The position numbers were made by a program, and so were the translations under genes. The notes beneath the pieces were generated by a model. It was not told the DNA's origin and did not search any database. It saw only the letters and a list, made by a program, of their open reading frames with translations. Positions 59,677 through 64,000 of a DNA stretch of 64,000 nt are shown here, piece after piece. Source of the stretch: an uncultured Gammaproteobacteria bacterium (GTDB lineage: Bacteria; Patescibacteriota; Patescibacteriia; UBA2591; UBA6264). How positions within the stretch are numbered: the stretch's first letter is position 1; the number at the start of each line of letters is the position of its first letter. The stretch lies in NCBI GenBank assembly GCA_964580825.1, contig CAZOLB010000001.1, positions 3,066-67,065 of the forward strand. The letters are read 5' to 3'.

Positions 59677-60049
59677 TTTTCTTTTGATAATCCTCTATCG
59701 CCGCTTTAAGTGCTTGCTCGGCCAAAACCGTGCAATGATATTTATGAGTGGGCATCTCTCCCAGAACCTCTTTAATCTTCTTATTCGATATTACCAACGC
59801 CTCGGTAATAGTTTTTCCTTTAACCAATTCGGTTAAAACCGAAGTCGAAGCAATTGCGGCAGCGCAACCGTAAGTTAAAAACTTGGCGTCAGTTATTTTA
59901 CCGTCCTTCACTTTAATATAAAAATCCATAATATCTCCGCATGTCGGATTGCCGACATGGCCGACGGCGTCAGCGTCGTCAATTTTGCCCACGTTCCGCG
60001 GATGGAGAAAATGATCCATTATTTGGCTATTTTCATCAAAACAACCCAT
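59660..60049 (-). CDS. iscU: Fe-S scaffold IscU/NifU-N
   Basis: DHFLHPRNVG, NPTCGD, GCAAAIAS, KYHC. Confidence 0.93.
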   Translation of the reverse strand: MGCFDENSQIMDHFLHPRNVGKIDDADAVGHVGNPTCGDIMDFYIKVKDGKITDAKFLTYGCAAAIASTSVLTELVKGKTITEALVISNKKIKEVLGEMPTHKYHCTVLAEQALKAAIEDYQKKNGQKE

Positions 60050-60132
60050 ATATTTATAAATTCTAAAATCCAAATTCCAAATCCTAAAAAATTTGAAATT
60101 ATTTATAACCTTTTAACGTTTATTTTAAATTT

Positions 60133-61329
60133 TTAATTTTTTATTTTCAAAGGGGAAATATTTCTTAATCTTTCAACCACAAAAATTAATTTTTGAACCG
60201 TATAATCCAAATCTCTTTTTTGAGTCCAACGGCCAAGCGTAAAACGCAAAGAAGAATGAGCCAACTCGGGTCCCAGTCCTATGGCCATTAAAACGTGGGA
60301 CGGCTCCAAGGTGGCTGAAGAACAAGCCGATCCAGTAGAACAAGCGATACCAAAACGATCCAGGTCAATCAACATCGATTCCCCTTCGATGCCCTTGATA
60401 CTCACATTGACATTATTGGCCAACCTTGTTTTCGGCTGGCCGTTTAAACGGCTTTCTTTAACGCTTTTTAAAATTTTTTCAATTAAATAATCTCTTAATC
60501 CGCTCAGCCGTTTTATTTCTTTATCCATTTCTTTGTCCGCCAGTTCTACCGCCTTGGCAAATCCGACAATACCGGGAATATTTTCTGTGGAAGCGCGACG
60601 GCCTCGTTCATGCTCTCCACCATGGACCAAAGATTCGATTTTAATTCCTTTTTTTAGAAAAAGTAAGCCGACTCCTTTAGGCCCATAAAGCTTGTGCGCC
60701 GAAGCTGAAAGCATGTCAACAGACAAATCATTAACGTCAATCGGTATATGTCCAAAAGTCTGAACCGCATCGGTATGAAAATAAATAGGAAAATTGATTC
60801 CTTCTTTTTTCCTTCTTTCTCTTTCTCTCCGGACAATTTCACCGATTTCTTTAATTGGCTGAATAGTCCCTATTTCATTATTGGCGTGCATGACGGAAAT
60901 CAAAACCGTTTCATTTTTTATTTCTTTTTCCAATCTCGACAAATCAATCAACCCATGTTCATCAACCGGCGAATAAAAAATTTCCGCGCCTTGTTTTTCT
61001 AAAAATTTGCAGGTCTCCAAAACGGCATGATGTTCTATTCTTGAAACGATAAAATGCGAACGAGAAATTTTTAAAGAATAAAAAAGCCCTTTTAAAACTA
61101 AATTATCCGATTCGGTGCCACCGGAAGTAAAAATAATTTCCTCCGGTTCGGCTTTAATAAAACTAGCGATTTCTTCTCTTGCTTTATTCATCGCCTTTCT
61201 GGCCATTTGGCCAACCTCGTGTAAACTTGAAGCATTACCGTAAATTTTTAAAAAATATGGCTTCATCGCCTTGAGCACCCGCGGATCAGTTGGCGTCGTC
61301 GCCGCGTAGTCAAGATATATTCTTCTCAT
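60133..61329 (-). CDS. iscS: Cysteine desulfurase IscS/NifS
   Basis: YLDYAATT, TSGGTE, SAHKLYGPKG, STGSACSS. Confidence 0.96.
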   Translation of the reverse strand: MRRIYLDYAATTPTDPRVLKAMKPYFLKIYGNASSLHEVGQMARKAMNKAREEIASFIKAEPEEIIFTSGGTESDNLVLKGLFYSLKISRSHFIVSRIEHHAVLETCKFLEKQGAEIFYSPVDEHGLIDLSRLEKEIKNETVLISVMHANNEIGTIQPIKEIGEIVRRERERRKKEGINFPIYFHTDAVQTFGHIPIDVNDLSVDMLSASAHKLYGPKGVGLLFLKKGIKIESLVHGGEHERGRRASTENIPGIVGFAKAVELADKEMDKEIKRLSGLRDYLIEKILKSVKESRLNGQPKTRLANNVNVSIKGIEGESMLIDLDRFGIACSTGSACSSATLEPSHVLMAIGLGPELAHSSLRFTLGRWTQKRDLDYTVQKLIFVVERLRNISPLKIKN

Positions 61330-61462
61330 AATTCTAGTATAATATTATTATCCGAACGCTACAAATAATAATATAAATCCATATCATTATTATATTATTA
61401 CATCAATCATTATATTATAAACTTACAAATCCTGTCAATCTCCGTTTAAAAATCCCTTTTTA

Positions 61463-61491
61463 AAAGTTTGGGAACTTAGTTCCCAAACTTT
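61463..61491. repeat. Perfect 13-bp-arm palindrome (REP-like or terminator)
   Basis: AAAGTTTGGGAAC-TTA-GTTCCCAAACTTT. Confidence 0.7.
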
Positions 61492-61501
61492 CTTATTGGA
61501 A

Positions 61502-62791
61502 TTAAAACAAACTTTTCTGATTGCGCGGCGTCTTCTTTTTTCTGACTATTTCTCTTTTTATCTCAGGCTTTCCAAAAATGCCGATTTCCCCATAAACGCC
61601 GTCATATCCCGGTTTAATAAACAATTCTTCTCGCCTAACCCGATCTATCCCTTGTATAATTCTCTCGTCAATCCCCTTGGATTTCATTTCCGCCAAAGGA
61701 CAATCTATTAGGATAAAAAGTTCATTACCCAAAATTTTAACCATCTTAAAATAAGCATCCATCACCGTCCGCGATTCGCGCGTTTTAATCTCAAAAGACT
61801 GAGCGATAATTTTATCCAATTCAATTAATCTTTTGTATCTCGGTTTATTCTTGGGCGTATATCCCAACTCACGATCGGCCAACTCCTCCACCCGATAACT
61901 AACCCCTGCCGTCAAAGGTTTTTTACATTTTGGACAAATACCTTTATATTTAACCGTCTGTTTTGGCTCTAAAGAAACGCCGCAATCCCGATGGCCGTCA
62001 AAATGATACCGCCCTTCTTCGGGAAAAAATTCAATAGTGTATAAAAATTTGTTAATATCCTTTTGTTTTAAAATCCTAATCAACTCGTCATAAGAAAAAT
62101 CCGCTTCTTTAATTTCAAAAACATTCGCTTCCCGGCCGATATTCTTCAATGAATGGGAATCGGAATTAGAAACCAAAATATATGGATCAAGAGCCGAAAC
62201 CCGCCAATTCATCGGCGGATCGGAACTAATGCCGGTTTCCAAAGCGAAAATATACGGCGCCATATCTTCAAAACACTCTTTAATGCTATTGAAGCCGGAT
62301 TTTGAACCAAATAAAGAAAACCAAGGAGTCCAAATATGCGCCGGAATAATCTCTATTTTTTCATCAACGCTTTTTACCAATTCCAGAAAATTTCTATCAG
62401 ATAATCCCAAAATTGGCCGGCCATCCGATTTTAAATTAAAACCCCTATCTTGCAGGGTTTTATTTAATTTCTTGACCGCTTCAATAGAGGGCGCTAAAAC
62501 AATTTCATGAACTCTCCTGGTTTTTTCATTCTTTCGATAAATAAACGACAGTTCGGTGGTAAAAATAAAATAAACGCTTTTGACGCTGTTTTTAAGCCGA
62601 TAAAAGCCATTGCCGACCGCGGTCAATTGTTCTTCACACTCCTTAATCCAAGTCGGATGAGTAAAATCGGCTGTAGTCAACAAATTAACTCCCTTAATCT
62701 CGCCCCATTTTTCAAGATTAGGCAAAGTTAATTGAGGGGAACAAGCCCGAGAAAAACGAGAATGATTATGAATATCGGCTATAACGCGCAT
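61502..62791 (-). CDS. Endonuclease Q family PHP-domain protein
   Basis: ADIHNHSRFSRA, ADFTHP, PAHIWTPW, SNSDSHS, GRYHFDGHRDC...CPKC, PGYDGVYG. Confidence 0.88.
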   Translation of the reverse strand: MRVIADIHNHSRFSRACSPQLTLPNLEKWGEIKGVNLLTTADFTHPTWIKECEEQLTAVGNGFYRLKNSVKSVYFIFTTELSFIYRKNEKTRRVHEIVLAPSIEAVKKLNKTLQDRGFNLKSDGRPILGLSDRNFLELVKSVDEKIEIIPAHIWTPWFSLFGSKSGFNSIKECFEDMAPYIFALETGISSDPPMNWRVSALDPYILVSNSDSHSLKNIGREANVFEIKEADFSYDELIRILKQKDINKFLYTIEFFPEEGRYHFDGHRDCGVSLEPKQTVKYKGICPKCKKPLTAGVSYRVEELADRELGYTPKNKPRYKRLIELDKIIAQSFEIKTRESRTVMDAYFKMVKILGNELFILIDCPLAEMKSKGIDERIIQGIDRVRREELFIKPGYDGVYGEIGIFGKPEIKREIVRKKKTPRNQKSLF

Positions 62792-62931
62792 AGCGACAAT
62801 TTTAGTTAAAAAAACAAAATAAGTCCAGAGACAAATAAATCAAAAATAAAAATAGGCCTATTATTTTTCTCTTGTTTTCCGTTTTAAATGGACTGTTTTT
62901 AAAATTCGTATTCGACCTATTCCAGTGCAAA

Positions 62932-63045
62932 ATTCTCGGCATCGACCTACTCTCGCCCTTACAGACTACCATCGGCCCTAGAGAGCTTAACTTCTGTGTT
63001 CGAGATGGGAACAGGTGTAACCTCTCTGGTAAAGACACCGAGAAT
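62932..63045 (-). rRNA. rrf: 5S rRNA
   Basis: ACACCTGTTCCCATCTCGAACACAGAAGTTAAGC, GCCGATGGTAGT, GAGAGTAGGTCG; complementary termini. Confidence 0.96.
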
Positions 63046-63206
63046 ATTGCACTTAAATCGGCGATAAGACGAATAAAAAACAGAAATAAAATTCGAAAAT
63101 CAAAATATTATATGCCTATTTTTACTAATCCTAATTTTCAATCCTTCTCATTTCAATATAATCCGCTTAGGGACTAAAACCCTAAATTGCGGCATTGTGA
63201 GTTAAA

Positions 63207-63735
<529 letters not shown>

Positions 63736-64000
63736 CGTATATTTCTTATCTCACGATAAGTACTGACTATATCTTCATCCCTCTGCTGTCTTACAAGAAG
63801 ACGAGGGAGCACGGCATATTGTGACGGTTTTCAAATTTCCGTCACCTCTCCATTAAGGATTAGTCGATACGGGGTTACTTGGTAAATGGGAGTTTATACC
63901 TCATTGAGGATATAACTTCCTCTTGAATCAAATTAATTAATTTTTTTGTCTCTTGAGTTGGAAATTTAAAATCAAAATTATTAGACTTTTTGACTTCCAG
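63736..64000 (-). mobile_element. Group I intron in 23S rRNA at position L2449 (3' part)
   Basis: rRNA homology breaks just before A2450. The intron ends in G and has R element CCCCGTATCGACTA, S element GAAGATATAGTC (P7) and a P9 hairpin CTTATC-GTGA-GATAAG. Confidence 0.92.
63875..64000 (-). CDS. C-terminus of an intron-encoded homing endonuclease (probably LAGLIDADG)
   Basis: Open frame LEVKKSNNFDFKFPTQETKKLINLIQEEVISSMRYKLPFTK*; the MxYKL ending is typical of I-SceI-like LAGLIDADG_2 proteins. Confidence 0.7.
   Translation of the reverse strand: MEVKKSNNFDFKFPTQETKKLINLIQEEVISSMRYKLPFTK

Noticed and set aside
633-62731. Numerous short plus-strand ORFs antisense to conserved genes
   Set aside because: Shadow ORFs with no recognisable motifs

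Overview
A core-genome segment of an AT-rich bacterium, with nearly all genes on the minus strand. The gene content points to Patescibacteria/CPR (Parcubacteria-like): no rpmD (L30) in the spc operon, a shortened AlaRS, Lys-rich ribosomal protein extensions, few SD sites, and an intron in the 23S rRNA. The genetic code is standard code 11. The window contains recA/HTH/ftsK, rpoC-rpoB, murE, scpAB, alaS, the S10-spc operon through secY-adk-map, tuf, ndk, a split comEC, prfB with its +1 frameshift, htrA, nrdDG, metG, rsmI, dnaJ, rpmG, five tRNAs, iscS-iscU-mnmA, an EndoQ-like gene, 5S rRNA and the 3' end of 23S rRNA. The most notable items are: (1) a four-gene module of two VirD4/HerA-like ATPases, a membrane protein and a membrane-anchored protein with a HEPN-like RxxxxH motif, plus a degenerate third ATPase elsewhere; (2) an unannotated ~180-nt structured RNA candidate with its own promoter and terminator (6S-like size); (3) a RAYT transposase flanked by 22-bp inverted REP palindromes, next to tRNA-Arg and a decayed tRNA copy; (4) a group I intron at 23S position 2449 with a LAGLIDADG-like ORF, and a repeat-like hairpin in helix 98; (5) a 211-nt dual-coding overlap between rplD and rplW; (6) dispersed short repeats that fill ribosomal spacers and insert in-frame into proteins. 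All family assignments come from reading motifs by eye; no searches were run.
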